Shown here: positions 44,873 to 55,049 of the stretch, in pieces | Layout: every line of letters starts with the position of its first letter | How positions within the stretch are numbered: position 1 is the stretch's first letter | DNA from: a virus | Lineage: Duplodnaviria > Caudoviricetes | Length of the DNA: 64,000 bases | Virus record (IMG/VR): IMGVR_UViG_3300033066_002255 | Reading direction: 5' to 3' (one strand) | Translations under genes and position numbers: made by a program | Notes under the pieces: generated by a model | What the model saw: the letters and a program-made list of their open reading frames with translations, nothing else | What the model was told of the DNA's origin: nothing | Databases searched by the model: none

Positions 44873-46507
44873 TTATACGTAATAATTTTCTCCTGCTAAT
44901 TTTGCCCAAGTATCAAAATTATTACTCCATAACAATTTAATTTTGAAATTTTGACTAGTATTTCCTGTGATACTTATTACTCTTATATCTTGTTCGTAAC
45001 CTCTATAATTTGTAGTCATAGTATACGAACCACTTGAAAGACCAGAAAAAGAATAAAATCCAGTAGTATCTGTAGTTGCCACAACAAAACTATTATTAGG
45101 ATATGTTAATTGTATTGTAGCTCCTGTCACTATACTTCCACTAACTACACCACTTAAAGTAAAAGTATCTATAGGAGACTCATAGTCTAAAGAAGGAGGT
45201 GTTTCAAAGCCAGAAATACCTGGCTCAAAAGGACTATCTGTCTCAGTTCTAACATAAACTCTAATTGGTTCAGGTTGAGTAGTAGCAGAATAATAATCAG
45301 TAAATGTTATAACATTTCTTCTAACATTAAAAATATCTACAATTTCTTTTGAATTACCTATTCTATAAATAAAAGGGCTATTAGATTTAACAGGAACTTG
45401 AAATGTGTAAATGGCTTTATCGCTTTCAAATTCTGAATTAGGAGTTTTAATTCTACTTCTTGAAATTTTTGTGTTTTTATCTGTTTTTTCAATAGGATAG
45501 TTAAAAGTAGATATTCCTGTAAATCCACTATCATTTACATTATAATTTATTTGCAACAAGAAAGTATCTGCATTGTCACCATTCGACCATCTAAATTCAG
45601 GTGTAAATGTAGTTAAAGAACCAGTCATTATTGGATATTCTAAAACTGGCTTATCTGGAACAATAAAATAACTAAAAAAATTACCAGAAACTGTTATTCC
45701 AGAAAATAAACCTTTTTCAATTGTATAAGGAATACTATTGGTAGATATTAATTGTATATTAGAATTAAAATTACTAGCTTGACTATTAACACTTGAAACA
45801 AAGTCTATAAAATTATTTTCAACATCAACATTTGTAACTATTTTAGTACTTATAAAATATTGAGCTTTATCTATAAATAATTCTGTTTTAAATCTACTTT
45901 CTTGCTTTATATATTGGTCTAAATATAAATCATATATATTTCCAGTAATAGCACTTGTACTCGCTGTAATTATCAGTAAAGGTTTATTTAAAAACCCTTG
46001 AATAGTTTCTTTATCTTTATCTGTAAGTGCCTCTCCAAAAAATTTTTCAGGTTGAATAATTGTATTATTTCCTTTTATTGTTCTGGCTCCATTTTTATAA
46101 TCTTTAGTAATATCACTTCCTCCAGGCAAAGTAGAAGTGGAAGGTCTATCGTTTTTAGAATTAAAAATTTGTTGACTACTTTCTATTTGATTATCTCCAT
46201 AAAGTTTAAAAGTTTCATAATCTATTCTATAAATTTCATGTATAAAATAAGAATCTCCTGATAAACTTTCTGTGTTTGCAGTAATAATAAAACGAATAGG
46301 AGGTCTTACAAGATTTGTAAAAATTGCATATGGGTCTTGAGAAAAATAATTTAATGTTCCACCATAAGTAGTAAACTTAGGTTTCATAATGCTAAAAAAA
46401 GGAACAGTTACAGAAGTATTATTAACAAAAATATTGTTATAGAAGACTTGAGAAACATTATTTTTTGTTCCTGAAGTTATAAATCTTCTTTCTCTATTGA
46501 TTCCCAT
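44873..46507 (-). CDS. Structural protein with C-terminal carboxypeptidase-regulatory/Ig-like domain
   Basis: LSGVV...GATIQL...TTDTTGFYSFSGLSSGSY...GY. Confidence 0.68.
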   Translation of the reverse strand: MGINRERRFITSGTKNNVSQVFYNNIFVNNTSVTVPFFSIMKPKFTTYGGTLNYFSQDPYAIFTNLVRPPIRFIITANTESLSGDSYFIHEIYRIDYETFKLYGDNQIESSQQIFNSKNDRPSTSTLPGGSDITKDYKNGARTIKGNNTIIQPEKFFGEALTDKDKETIQGFLNKPLLIITASTSAITGNIYDLYLDQYIKQESRFKTELFIDKAQYFISTKIVTNVDVENNFIDFVSSVNSQASNFNSNIQLISTNSIPYTIEKGLFSGITVSGNFFSYFIVPDKPVLEYPIMTGSLTTFTPEFRWSNGDNADTFLLQINYNVNDSGFTGISTFNYPIEKTDKNTKISRSRIKTPNSEFESDKAIYTFQVPVKSNSPFIYRIGNSKEIVDIFNVRRNVITFTDYYSATTQPEPIRVYVRTETDSPFEPGISGFETPPSLDYESPIDTFTLSGVVSGSIVTGATIQLTYPNNSFVVATTDTTGFYSFSGLSSGSYTMTTNYRGYEQDIRVISITGNTSQNFKIKLLWSNNFDTWAKLAGENYYV

Positions 46508-46521
46508 TTTTTATTTTTTTA

Positions 46522-48909
46522 TTAAGGTTGAATAATTGTAATTTGTGTAGTTGCATTTATTGTAGTACTAACTTGGAATCCATTTAAAGTAGTGTGATAA
46601 CCATTTCCAACAGTCATTGTTATACCAAAGCCTCCTAAACTAACATTGTTATTATTATTTAAAGTAGCTACAATTACGGCTGGATTAAGATTCCCAGACA
46701 TATATTCATTTGCATTTGCACTAATTACAAATGAAGAAAGTTCACTTGAATAATTAGGCAAATTAACTTTAAATTCGGAGCCATCATTAATACCTTCTTT
46801 ATATACAAATTTTTGTCTATTGAATGTTGTGTTTCTAAGAGTTCTTGCTTGCGAAGAAATAACTGTAGTAGCTGGCAATAATTGATATGCATAATCCGTA
46901 AAGCTTCTACCTATTACATCTAAAAAGCCTTGAAGTTTTAGGAAAGTCAATCTACTTGAGACAGGCTGTGTTGAATAATAATAATTTAAATATGCTTTTT
47001 TTAACTCAGGATAAGTAGAAACAGTATTTGATTTACCAACAGTTTTTCTATTTCTTGGATTAATAGAATGATTATAAACATAGTCTAACCATTGTGATAA
47101 AGTCATACCTGTTATATTTGCTGGATTAACATTATCGCAATCTATAGTATATTCTAAAGGAATTGTATTGCCACTATCAGGTATACCACAAGTTCCAGTT
47201 AATTGATAAAAACTAAAAACGTCACATTCAATAGCCGCTGCTGGATTAATAGAAATATTTAATTCTTTAGAATTAACAACATTTTGAGAACCAAATACGG
47301 TAGCATCTGCAATAACAGATTTAGTATTATCAATCGCTCTTATAGGTTGAAATTCTGGAATCCATTGGTTTATAAAATTCTGCCCATTACCTCTATCTAA
47401 ACCTCCCTCTTGAAAGGCGTAATTACTTGCTCTAAAATCAATATATCCATTTTCATTAACTTTAATTGAACTTGTTAAAGCGGAGTTTGAAGTACTTGTG
47501 CCAACTTGTGAAATTTTATAAACAAATTCATCAAACTCAATTAAACAATCTGGAGCTCCTAATAATTTAAATAAAAAAACTAAAGCATCTCTTGTACCTT
47601 TCTTTTTATATAGCCAATTAATATTAATTAAAATCCTTCTCCATATTTCCATATTAAATTGAGAGAAAGATGTACCATTTCCATCTGCATCACCTGCAAG
47701 ATATTCAAATAAATCTACTTCATTAAAAGAGTCTGATAGCTTCCAACCAAGTAATTTACTTAGTTTATTCATAAACTTTTTAGGTACACTATTTTCGCCA
47801 TTATATTCAAGACTATGAGCAAACGCAATGCCATCTATAAAATTTTTTATTTGGTCAAATTCATGTCCATAAGCCTGTACAGTTTTTCTATATACTGCTC
47901 CTTCAGAGTCCATTTCAAGAAAGTTTTCTGGAATCATAGTTTTAAGCATTATATTAGTCTTGGAGTCATCTATATCACTCGCAGCCTTTAGTAGACTTTC
48001 TTTGTAAGTATCAAAAGATGAACCATAACTATCAGGTGCAAATCCATCTATTGTTCTTGGCCAAGTAAATGTTTGTTCTGATTCTGAATCATCTGTTTCT
48101 ATATTAGGCACTATAAACTTACCTCCATATAATATATTATATTCTAATCTACTAATATTTAATTTATATTCAGCCATTCTTTCTTTTGTAGGTCTGATAT
48201 ATATTGGTAAATTAGTAGTAGAACCTGAAACATCTCCTAAAATATTATCAACAGTAAATTCTAAATAAGAATCCACTCCAGCACTAAATGAATAAGAAAT
48301 AATATTTACATTTTGTCCTGTAACACCAGATGCTGGATTGTTTACTTGAATAGAAAAACCAGTAAAATTATCTACGAGATTTAAAACTCCAGATATTGTA
48401 GAACCTGAATTAAATATGATATTTCCTTGATTAATCAGAGTAGCATATGGTATTCTAAACGTTGCAGTCTTTTGTCCTGTGATATTGTTTACTGAATCAG
48501 TATAATTGTATAAAGTATAAGCTGAATTACCTGTAACTGAAAGTATTGCATAAGGAAAATTACCTATTATATTGTTTATAGAATTTGCTACCTCTGTATA
48601 AAAAGACCCAAAATAAGAATAAGAATGAGGGTCGCTTAAAGGAGAGGTTAATTCATTATAATTAACTGAATAAGATTGAGGAGGTGTAAATTTACTACTA
48701 CCCAAACTTTCCAATGTAGAAAAAGAGTCAAAATTAAGATTTTGAGGAGTTCCAGTTAAGGAATCTGGTGTTGTATCACGGTAAATTTTAAAATCACCAA
48801 ATGTAAATATAGAATCAGAGTTTGTATTAAACAATCTCTTATCTTCCCCTGGTCTAACAAAAAGAGAGAGGGTATTTGCTGAATTTACTGAAGGTATATT
48901 ATTTGACAC
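46522..48909 (-). CDS. Baseplate/tail protein (P2 gpI-like motif)
   Basis: WRRILININWLYKKKGTRDAL..LFKLLG; GTG start with TATTTATA upstream. Confidence 0.72.
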   Translation of the reverse strand: MSNNIPSVNSANTLSLFVRPGEDKRLFNTNSDSIFTFGDFKIYRDTTPDSLTGTPQNLNFDSFSTLESLGSSKFTPPQSYSVNYNELTSPLSDPHSYSYFGSFYTEVANSINNIIGNFPYAILSVTGNSAYTLYNYTDSVNNITGQKTATFRIPYATLINQGNIIFNSGSTISGVLNLVDNFTGFSIQVNNPASGVTGQNVNIISYSFSAGVDSYLEFTVDNILGDVSGSTTNLPIYIRPTKERMAEYKLNISRLEYNILYGGKFIVPNIETDDSESEQTFTWPRTIDGFAPDSYGSSFDTYKESLLKAASDIDDSKTNIMLKTMIPENFLEMDSEGAVYRKTVQAYGHEFDQIKNFIDGIAFAHSLEYNGENSVPKKFMNKLSKLLGWKLSDSFNEVDLFEYLAGDADGNGTSFSQFNMEIWRRILININWLYKKKGTRDALVFLFKLLGAPDCLIEFDEFVYKISQVGTSTSNSALTSSIKVNENGYIDFRASNYAFQEGGLDRGNGQNFINQWIPEFQPIRAIDNTKSVIADATVFGSQNVVNSKELNISINPAAAIECDVFSFYQLTGTCGIPDSGNTIPLEYTIDCDNVNPANITGMTLSQWLDYVYNHSINPRNRKTVGKSNTVSTYPELKKAYLNYYYSTQPVSSRLTFLKLQGFLDVIGRSFTDYAYQLLPATTVISSQARTLRNTTFNRQKFVYKEGINDGSEFKVNLPNYSSELSSFVISANANEYMSGNLNPAVIVATLNNNNNVSLGGFGITMTVGNGYHTTLNGFQVSTTINATTQITIIQP

Positions 48910-49044
48910 TTTAAATATTTTTTATAAATATTATCAAAAAAGAATTCAAGTATAAACATTTTTCTATAATTTAACTTTAAAACTATTTACTATCTTGTGT
49001 TTTTTAATTAATTTTTATCTCATATTTATTAGAAAAATAAAATT

Positions 49045-51090
49045 ATGAGTTACCTACCACAGGAGCCGCAAACATTTATTAACATAAAACTTACTGACGA
49101 AGGAAGAAGATTACTGTCTTTAGGGCAATTAACTTTTTCTAAGGCTGTTTTGTCTGATAGAGAGATAAATTATGGAATAGATAGAATACACGGTTATAAT
49201 ATTTCTTGTTCAAATAGAGTCTTATCACCAAAGGATTCTCAACCTATTTTACCATCTGTAAATTTTGATGGTACGCCAGCTGAGCCTTTTCAAAGTATTG
49301 GTTCTGCAAGACAATTTGTAACAGCTTCAACTGAATCAACAGGATTCTTTACTGGCTCTTCAACTACAGGTTGGACAATAGACATAACTCAATCTCTTGG
49401 CTATTCTAAAATTTCATATTCAGCATCAACTCCAAGTGGTGGTACAACTATCAAAATGACAGGAGGAACTTATTTCCCAGCAGCAGGAGATTTAATGTTT
49501 GTATCGTGGAATCCTATTCAAAATAGTGGTTATACATATTCTACAGGTCATACAGTTCCTCAATACAATCCAACATTAGTTGCATGGTATCGTGTTATTA
49601 GTAGTGACTCAGCTACTACTTCTGTTTCATTGGATAGAAATCTTCCAAATTTTGGAGCTACAATATCTACTTCTTCACAAGCTGTAAATGCATATTTTTA
49701 CCCTTTTGATGGTATACAAAATTATTATGGGTCTGCTTCTACAGTGGAAACGAAAGTTTGGAATATGAATATAGTAAGAACCAGTTCAGTTGTGGGAACT
49801 GATAGTTCATTAAGTGGTTATACAAGTTATGGGTCTTTAGAATTTAATGGAACAAAACAATATCTTGGGTTTTCAGCAGAAACAAGAGAGTTTGGAATTA
49901 TTCATTATACAAATTTATATTCTGGAAATACTTATGCAGAACAATTAGTAGAAAGTACTGTTGTTTTAGATTTACCTTATATTATGTGGCATGGAACTGC
50001 TTCAAATGCTGGACAGGCTATGAATTGGGGCTTACAGCTTACAGATTATGCTGGGCCAACAATTTATGATGCTGCAGCTGGAACAACCTATAGACAACTT
50101 AGAGATGGAAATGCATTAACTAATAATGTTGTTGGTCGTGTTTATCATAAATTAAAAATTATTATAATTACAGATTCTGAATTATTAAATGCTTTAACGT
50201 ATAAAGCTAATAGAAATTTCACAGTTCCTCCTTTACAATTAACAAGTAGTATTTCTCCTAAATATCCACTTACAAGTTCGGATGCTACAGGTATGTTACA
50301 AACTGGTTATTCATATTTTGTAACATATATAGCCTCAAGCGACTTAGCCTATACATCTGGTCATACTTTTGGATATCCAACAATTTTAAATTGTAGTTAT
50401 ATTTCTAAAATTGATGGAGTAAATGATATTAATAATAATCCTCAATATTTACAAGCTAATTTTGCAATGAATGGATTTCCTTTCATGAGAAATAGCGTAA
50501 ATATGAGTTCTTCAACATATTCTGGTACAGGTTGGAATGCTAATAGTATTCAATTACTTGTAAATAAAGTTGATAGTACTCTTTATCCAAATATGAAAAT
50601 AGACCAACTTCCTCCAGATGGATGGAGATTGATTTCTAATTCTTCACTTGGAGGCAATGGAGTGTTTAGCGGAGGTTCTACAACAATAGACCCAGTAAAT
50701 TTATTAACAAACACATTTATTGTATCTCAAGAAGATTATAATTCAGGAACTACATTTGATTTAACAGGTAAATATTCAGCTTTTACAATTAATACAAATA
50801 TCACTTCAAATGGTTTAACATTTGGAGATGAATCTTTCTTCTTTGGAAATATAAAAGCTAATATTTTATCTACAGTATTTAAAACAGTTTTAACGGTATT
50901 GGTGCCTGATACAAAATTAAATTCTTCGCTTAATAATTCTTTTAATGGATTGTTAGATTCGAATACGTATATTACAGAGGTTGGTATTTTAGATAATAAT
51001 AATACTTTAGTAGGTGTAGGAAAGCCTACATATCCAATACCAAAAAATTCAAGTAGATACATAGCTTTTCAATTAGAAATTGATTTTTAA
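49045..51090 (+). CDS. Tail/baseplate structural protein
   Basis: N-terminal KLTDEGRRLL; C-terminal YITEVGILD...VGK..PIPK. Confidence 0.72.
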   Translation: MSYLPQEPQTFINIKLTDEGRRLLSLGQLTFSKAVLSDREINYGIDRIHGYNISCSNRVLSPKDSQPILPSVNFDGTPAEPFQSIGSARQFVTASTESTGFFTGSSTTGWTIDITQSLGYSKISYSASTPSGGTTIKMTGGTYFPAAGDLMFVSWNPIQNSGYTYSTGHTVPQYNPTLVAWYRVISSDSATTSVSLDRNLPNFGATISTSSQAVNAYFYPFDGIQNYYGSASTVETKVWNMNIVRTSSVVGTDSSLSGYTSYGSLEFNGTKQYLGFSAETREFGIIHYTNLYSGNTYAEQLVESTVVLDLPYIMWHGTASNAGQAMNWGLQLTDYAGPTIYDAAAGTTYRQLRDGNALTNNVVGRVYHKLKIIIITDSELLNALTYKANRNFTVPPLQLTSSISPKYPLTSSDATGMLQTGYSYFVTYIASSDLAYTSGHTFGYPTILNCSYISKIDGVNDINNNPQYLQANFAMNGFPFMRNSVNMSSSTYSGTGWNANSIQLLVNKVDSTLYPNMKIDQLPPDGWRLISNSSLGGNGVFSGGSTTIDPVNLLTNTFIVSQEDYNSGTTFDLTGKYSAFTINTNITSNGLTFGDESFFFGNIKANILSTVFKTVLTVLVPDTKLNSSLNNSFNGLLDSNTYITEVGILDNNNTLVGVGKPTYPIPKNSSRYIAFQLEIDF

Positions 51091-51127
51091 AAAAAATAAA
51101 TTATAATATTTATAAAGAAATAAAAAA

Positions 51128-51577
51128 ATGGGTAAAATAGCATCAGCGTCAACAGTATATGCAGTAGCATATTTAACAGAAAAAGGAAGGACGTATCTTT
51201 TTAATAAAAATAATGTTCGCTTTGATAGCAACGGAAATGACTTGTTTGAAATTAAAACTTTCACACTAAGTGACCCTGATTCAAACTATCAGACATCTCA
51301 AAGATTAGAATCTGGAGATGTTCCTGATATTACAGGTAAATCAGACAATTCTCTTAAAACTACTGCAGATTATGTTCAAACATCTTTATTATACTACACA
51401 GTAGATTCTAATGCTTTAGCAAACCCTCTTTATAGTACAAGTTTAACAAACAATATAGACACTGTTAATACTGATACTAGTTTTCCAACAAATCAAGCAA
51501 GTGACGTACCTCCTACATCAGCCCCTGGTGGAACACTTGGTCCTTCTTCAGGATTATCTGCTACACCAATTGTTTAA
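51128..51577 (+). CDS. Tail/baseplate structural protein
   Basis: AYLTEKGR.YL...F.L.D.D..Y; related to the N-terminus of 49045-51090. Confidence 0.65.
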   Translation: MGKIASASTVYAVAYLTEKGRTYLFNKNNVRFDSNGNDLFEIKTFTLSDPDSNYQTSQRLESGDVPDITGKSDNSLKTTADYVQTSLLYYTVDSNALANPLYSTSLTNNIDTVNTDTSFPTNQASDVPPTSAPGGTLGPSSGLSATPIV

Positions 51578-51596
51578 TCATAAATAAAATAAAAAA

Positions 51597-52157
51597 ATGC
51601 CAAGCTTTTTAAATCCAAATACATCACCAGCACAAATAACTTTCAAGAGAACAGTTACGTTGTCTACTGTTGACCAAAATAACAATAATGCTGCAGTGAG
51701 TGAAAATTTTACAATATCTGGACCTGTTTCTCAAGGTGTTACTCCTATTTTAATTGCAGGAGGAACAAAGGCTGTAATTCCTTTGTCTACAACAACAGGA
51801 AATGGAGCTCCTTATCTTAAAATACATTTTCCAACTGCTTCTAATGGTAATAAATTATATATAACTTATGCTGTAGCTAATCAATATATGGCCGATGGTT
51901 ATTATGATTATAAGACAGGAGTTCCTTCAACATACATGACAGCCCTTAGAAATTGGATTAATACTAATCCATCTACTGGCAATGTTTATGGTAATTCTTT
52001 ACCAGTAATAAGAACAAGAAGTTTAAAATTTACTGCAGTAGGAAACTCTACAAACAAACCAGCAAATGCTGTTACTTTTTACGTGAAATTCCAAGGACAA
52101 TTTGGAGGAACAGTTGTATTAAATGCAGGACCAGCAACAGCAATTACTTTAGGATAA
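51597..52157 (+). CDS. Structural protein (beta-rich)
   Basis: 186 aa, Thr/Asn/Gly-rich, in the tail operon. Confidence 0.62.
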   Translation: MPSFLNPNTSPAQITFKRTVTLSTVDQNNNNAAVSENFTISGPVSQGVTPILIAGGTKAVIPLSTTTGNGAPYLKIHFPTASNGNKLYITYAVANQYMADGYYDYKTGVPSTYMTALRNWINTNPSTGNVYGNSLPVIRTRSLKFTAVGNSTNKPANAVTFYVKFQGQFGGTVVLNAGPATAITLG

Positions 52158-52180
52158 TATTTAAATAAAAAAAACAAATA

Positions 52181-53281
52181 ATGGCAAGTTCATTTTATAA
52201 ACCAGTAACAAGTACCATATCAACAAGACAAGAAAGTTCTACTTTTGAGAATGTAAATGGTAGCGGCTTGTCTTATACATTATGCGACAGAACAGTCGGA
52301 ACTGATAAGACAACTAATTATTTCATGTCTTTTAATCTTCCTATTAACTATGCGGCACTTTCAAGTGGTTCTACATTAGCTTTAGAAAATCCAGAAATTC
52401 TTCAAATCAATGTAGATAAAGTTGTTATTGTTCCTATTCCAAGAGAGAGTTATAGTGAATTAATAGATGGACGTAGTATTACATTTACTGTACCTCAAAT
52501 ATCAGGCACATCAGTTAGTGCTAAAACTATAGTTTCAAGTACTTATTCTACATTACAAAAAAAGGATAGTGATATTTTTCTTGGAAATAATATAGCATTT
52601 TTATTTTCTGATGATATTAATAAACCATATTCTGGAAAAACAAATGGAGGCTCTACATCTCACAGTGCTAATACAACTTGGAACACTACTTCCTTTACTG
52701 ATAGACCAGCAGCTGTACCATATTCTGATTTAATTGCAGGTAATGATATAAATACAGACCAAAGACCTTTCTCTTCTGTAAGTTTTGCAACTCCTGTTAG
52801 TTCGACTTATCCTACAAATACAAATCAAGGTTATAATTATGATATTCCAGTTGGATATATATCTTTAGATAAAGGATTTATGATTATTACACACCCTCAA
52901 ATTGTAAATAATATTCCTTGGAGTAAAGGTCATAACTTATTTAGTAACACTGCAAATTCAAGCTCTGCTACAACAAATATTTATTTTACTTCTACAACTA
53001 CTTCAGATTTAACATTTTTAGATTTAGCAATTAATTATAAAACTTCAGTAGTTTGTCTTGGTTTACCAGGAGAATTTTACTTTACAAATAATCCAAGTTG
53101 GGATTTAAATAAAAATGCTCAAGAATTTAATAATGGTACAAATAATTTTGATTCTGTTTGGGTAACAGAAGTAGGCCTATACAATAGAATAGGAGAAATT
53201 GTTGCTGTAGCAAAACTTAGTGAACCTGTTGAAAAAAACTTTACGAACTTACTCACATTCAATCTTGATATTGATGTTTAA
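52181..53281 (+). CDS. Tail/baseplate structural protein
   Basis: C-terminal VTEVGLYN..GEIVAVAKLSEPVEK. Confidence 0.72.
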   Translation: MASSFYKPVTSTISTRQESSTFENVNGSGLSYTLCDRTVGTDKTTNYFMSFNLPINYAALSSGSTLALENPEILQINVDKVVIVPIPRESYSELIDGRSITFTVPQISGTSVSAKTIVSSTYSTLQKKDSDIFLGNNIAFLFSDDINKPYSGKTNGGSTSHSANTTWNTTSFTDRPAAVPYSDLIAGNDINTDQRPFSSVSFATPVSSTYPTNTNQGYNYDIPVGYISLDKGFMIITHPQIVNNIPWSKGHNLFSNTANSSSATTNIYFTSTTTSDLTFLDLAINYKTSVVCLGLPGEFYFTNNPSWDLNKNAQEFNNGTNNFDSVWVTEVGLYNRIGEIVAVAKLSEPVEKNFTNLLTFNLDIDV

Positions 53282-53286
53282 AAAAG

Positions 53287-53313
53287 AAAGCCTTGAATAT
53301 TCAAGGCTTTTTT
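53287..53313 (+). terminator. Intrinsic terminator ending the structural operon
   Basis: AAAGCCTTGAA-TA-TTCAAGGCTTTTTT. Confidence 0.8.
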
Positions 53314-53367
53314 AGTTAGTATTTATAATACTTCTTTGAATCATTATATTTATAAAAAAATATAATT

Positions 53368-53988
53368 ATGATTTTAGGATTAGACATTTCAACATCTTGT
53401 ATTGGTTATTCATTGTTTGATGAAAATGGGAAATTAATTGAACTGAATTGTGTAAAATTCAGAGATAAATTGACTACTTTTGAAAAATTAGAAGAATTTA
53501 AAAAGGCGACTGCTTATTTAAAAAAATTTCCAATTACATTTATCGCAATAGAAGAACCATTGAAAAAATTTATGGGTAAATTTTCTTCTGCAACTACAAT
53601 AGCTTTGTTAAATTTTTTCAATGGTATGATTAGCGCTTATTTATACCTTGAATTTGGTATTGAACCGATGTATTTTAATGTGAATACAGCAAGAAAATTA
53701 GTTTTTCCAACCCCTGTAAAATCAAAAACAATAACTACAGAAAACAAAGATTTAGATTCTTCAATATCTAGCGAAGAAACTGAAGAAATTGAGGATAAGG
53801 ACGAAAAAAAGTCAATTAAACACGTTATTTGGAATAAAGTAATGCAGTTAGAGCCTCAAATAAATTGGAGATATGGTCCTAAATCAAGAAAATTATTGGA
53901 TGAAAATTTTGATATGGCTGATAGTTATGTCATTGGCTTAGCAATGCTTATTACCTTAGATAAGCAAAAAGCTTCATTTTCAATATAA
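53368..53988 (+). CDS. RuvC-like Holliday junction resolvase
   Basis: ILGLDISTSCIG, IAIEE, DMADS. Confidence 0.85.
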   Translation: MILGLDISTSCIGYSLFDENGKLIELNCVKFRDKLTTFEKLEEFKKATAYLKKFPITFIAIEEPLKKFMGKFSSATTIALLNFFNGMISAYLYLEFGIEPMYFNVNTARKLVFPTPVKSKTITTENKDLDSSISSEETEEIEDKDEKKSIKHVIWNKVMQLEPQINWRYGPKSRKLLDENFDMADSYVIGLAMLITLDKQKASFSI

Positions 53989-54013
53989 ATTATTTTTTTT
54001 GATTTTTTTTACG

Positions 54014-54021
54014 TATATTTG
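54014..54021 (+). promoter_or_regulatory. Bacteroidota sigma-A-type -7 element TATATTTG
   Basis: 5 nt before the primase ATG. Confidence 0.65.
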
Positions 54022-54026
54022 CCTTT

Positions 54027-55043
54027 ATGGTAAATCATCAAGAGGATTATTTAGTTGTAAATATAGTTGAGAAATTTTTAGGTACGCCGAAAAGCGATAG
54101 AGACCCAGAAAAAAGAACTCAATGGGAATTTAATTGCCCATCTCCTACATGCAAAAAAGACCATGGTAAGTTTAATCTTGCTTATAATTCTAAAGATAAA
54201 ATTTTTAAATGTTGGAAATGTAAATATAGCGGGGTTATTTATAGACTTGTAAAAGAGTATGGCTCTAGTGATGATTTTAAAAGATTAAAATTAATTTTAC
54301 CAGAATATAAAATTAATTCCTTTAATGTTTTTAAAAAATCTGAAGTAAATTATGATTCAATTTTATGTGAAATGCCCAATGGGTTTTTGCCTTTAAATGC
54401 AAATAGACCAAGTGCATTATTTAAAAAAGCATATGATTATGCAATTAATATAAGAAAAATAAGTAAAGCTCAAATTGATAAATACAATATAGGTTATACA
54501 GAAACAGGCCCAAGAAAATTTAGGATTATATTTCCATCTTATAATTCTAACAATAGAATGAATTATTTTGAGGCTAGGTCTTATTTGGATTCTCCTAAAA
54601 TACCATACTATAAACCTGACTATCCTGATAAGCAAGATATAATATTTAATGAAAAATTTATTAATTGGGATTTACCTATCTATTTAGTAGAAGGGGTTTT
54701 TGATGCTTTAAGGATACCAAATTCAATACCTATGCTTGGTAAAACACCTTCTCCGTTACTGCTAAAAAGAATAATAGAGAATAATGCTACTGTAATAATC
54801 TGCTTAGATGTAGATGCTTTTAAAGATGGAATAGAAATTTATAAACAACTACATTCATTAGGTATTAATGTTTTTTTTATAGAATTAAAAAAAGAAAGAA
54901 ATACAAAAGATAATAAGAAAATAAAAGTAAAAGATATATCAAAAATTTTTGAAGAAGAGGGCCAAGAAGGAATAAATAAAATTTTAAAAACAGTTAGAAA
55001 GATAGATTTTGCTTTTGAAATTAATAAACTATTAAACGAATAA
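54027..55043 (+). CDS. DNA primase (Zn finger + Toprim)
   Basis: CPSPTC...CWKC; LVEGVFDA; CLDVDA; KDI. Confidence 0.88.
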   Translation: MVNHQEDYLVVNIVEKFLGTPKSDRDPEKRTQWEFNCPSPTCKKDHGKFNLAYNSKDKIFKCWKCKYSGVIYRLVKEYGSSDDFKRLKLILPEYKINSFNVFKKSEVNYDSILCEMPNGFLPLNANRPSALFKKAYDYAINIRKISKAQIDKYNIGYTETGPRKFRIIFPSYNSNNRMNYFEARSYLDSPKIPYYKPDYPDKQDIIFNEKFINWDLPIYLVEGVFDALRIPNSIPMLGKTPSPLLLKRIIENNATVIICLDVDAFKDGIEIYKQLHSLGINVFFIELKKERNTKDNKKIKVKDISKIFEEEGQEGINKILKTVRKIDFAFEINKLLNE

Positions 55044-55049
55044 TTAAAT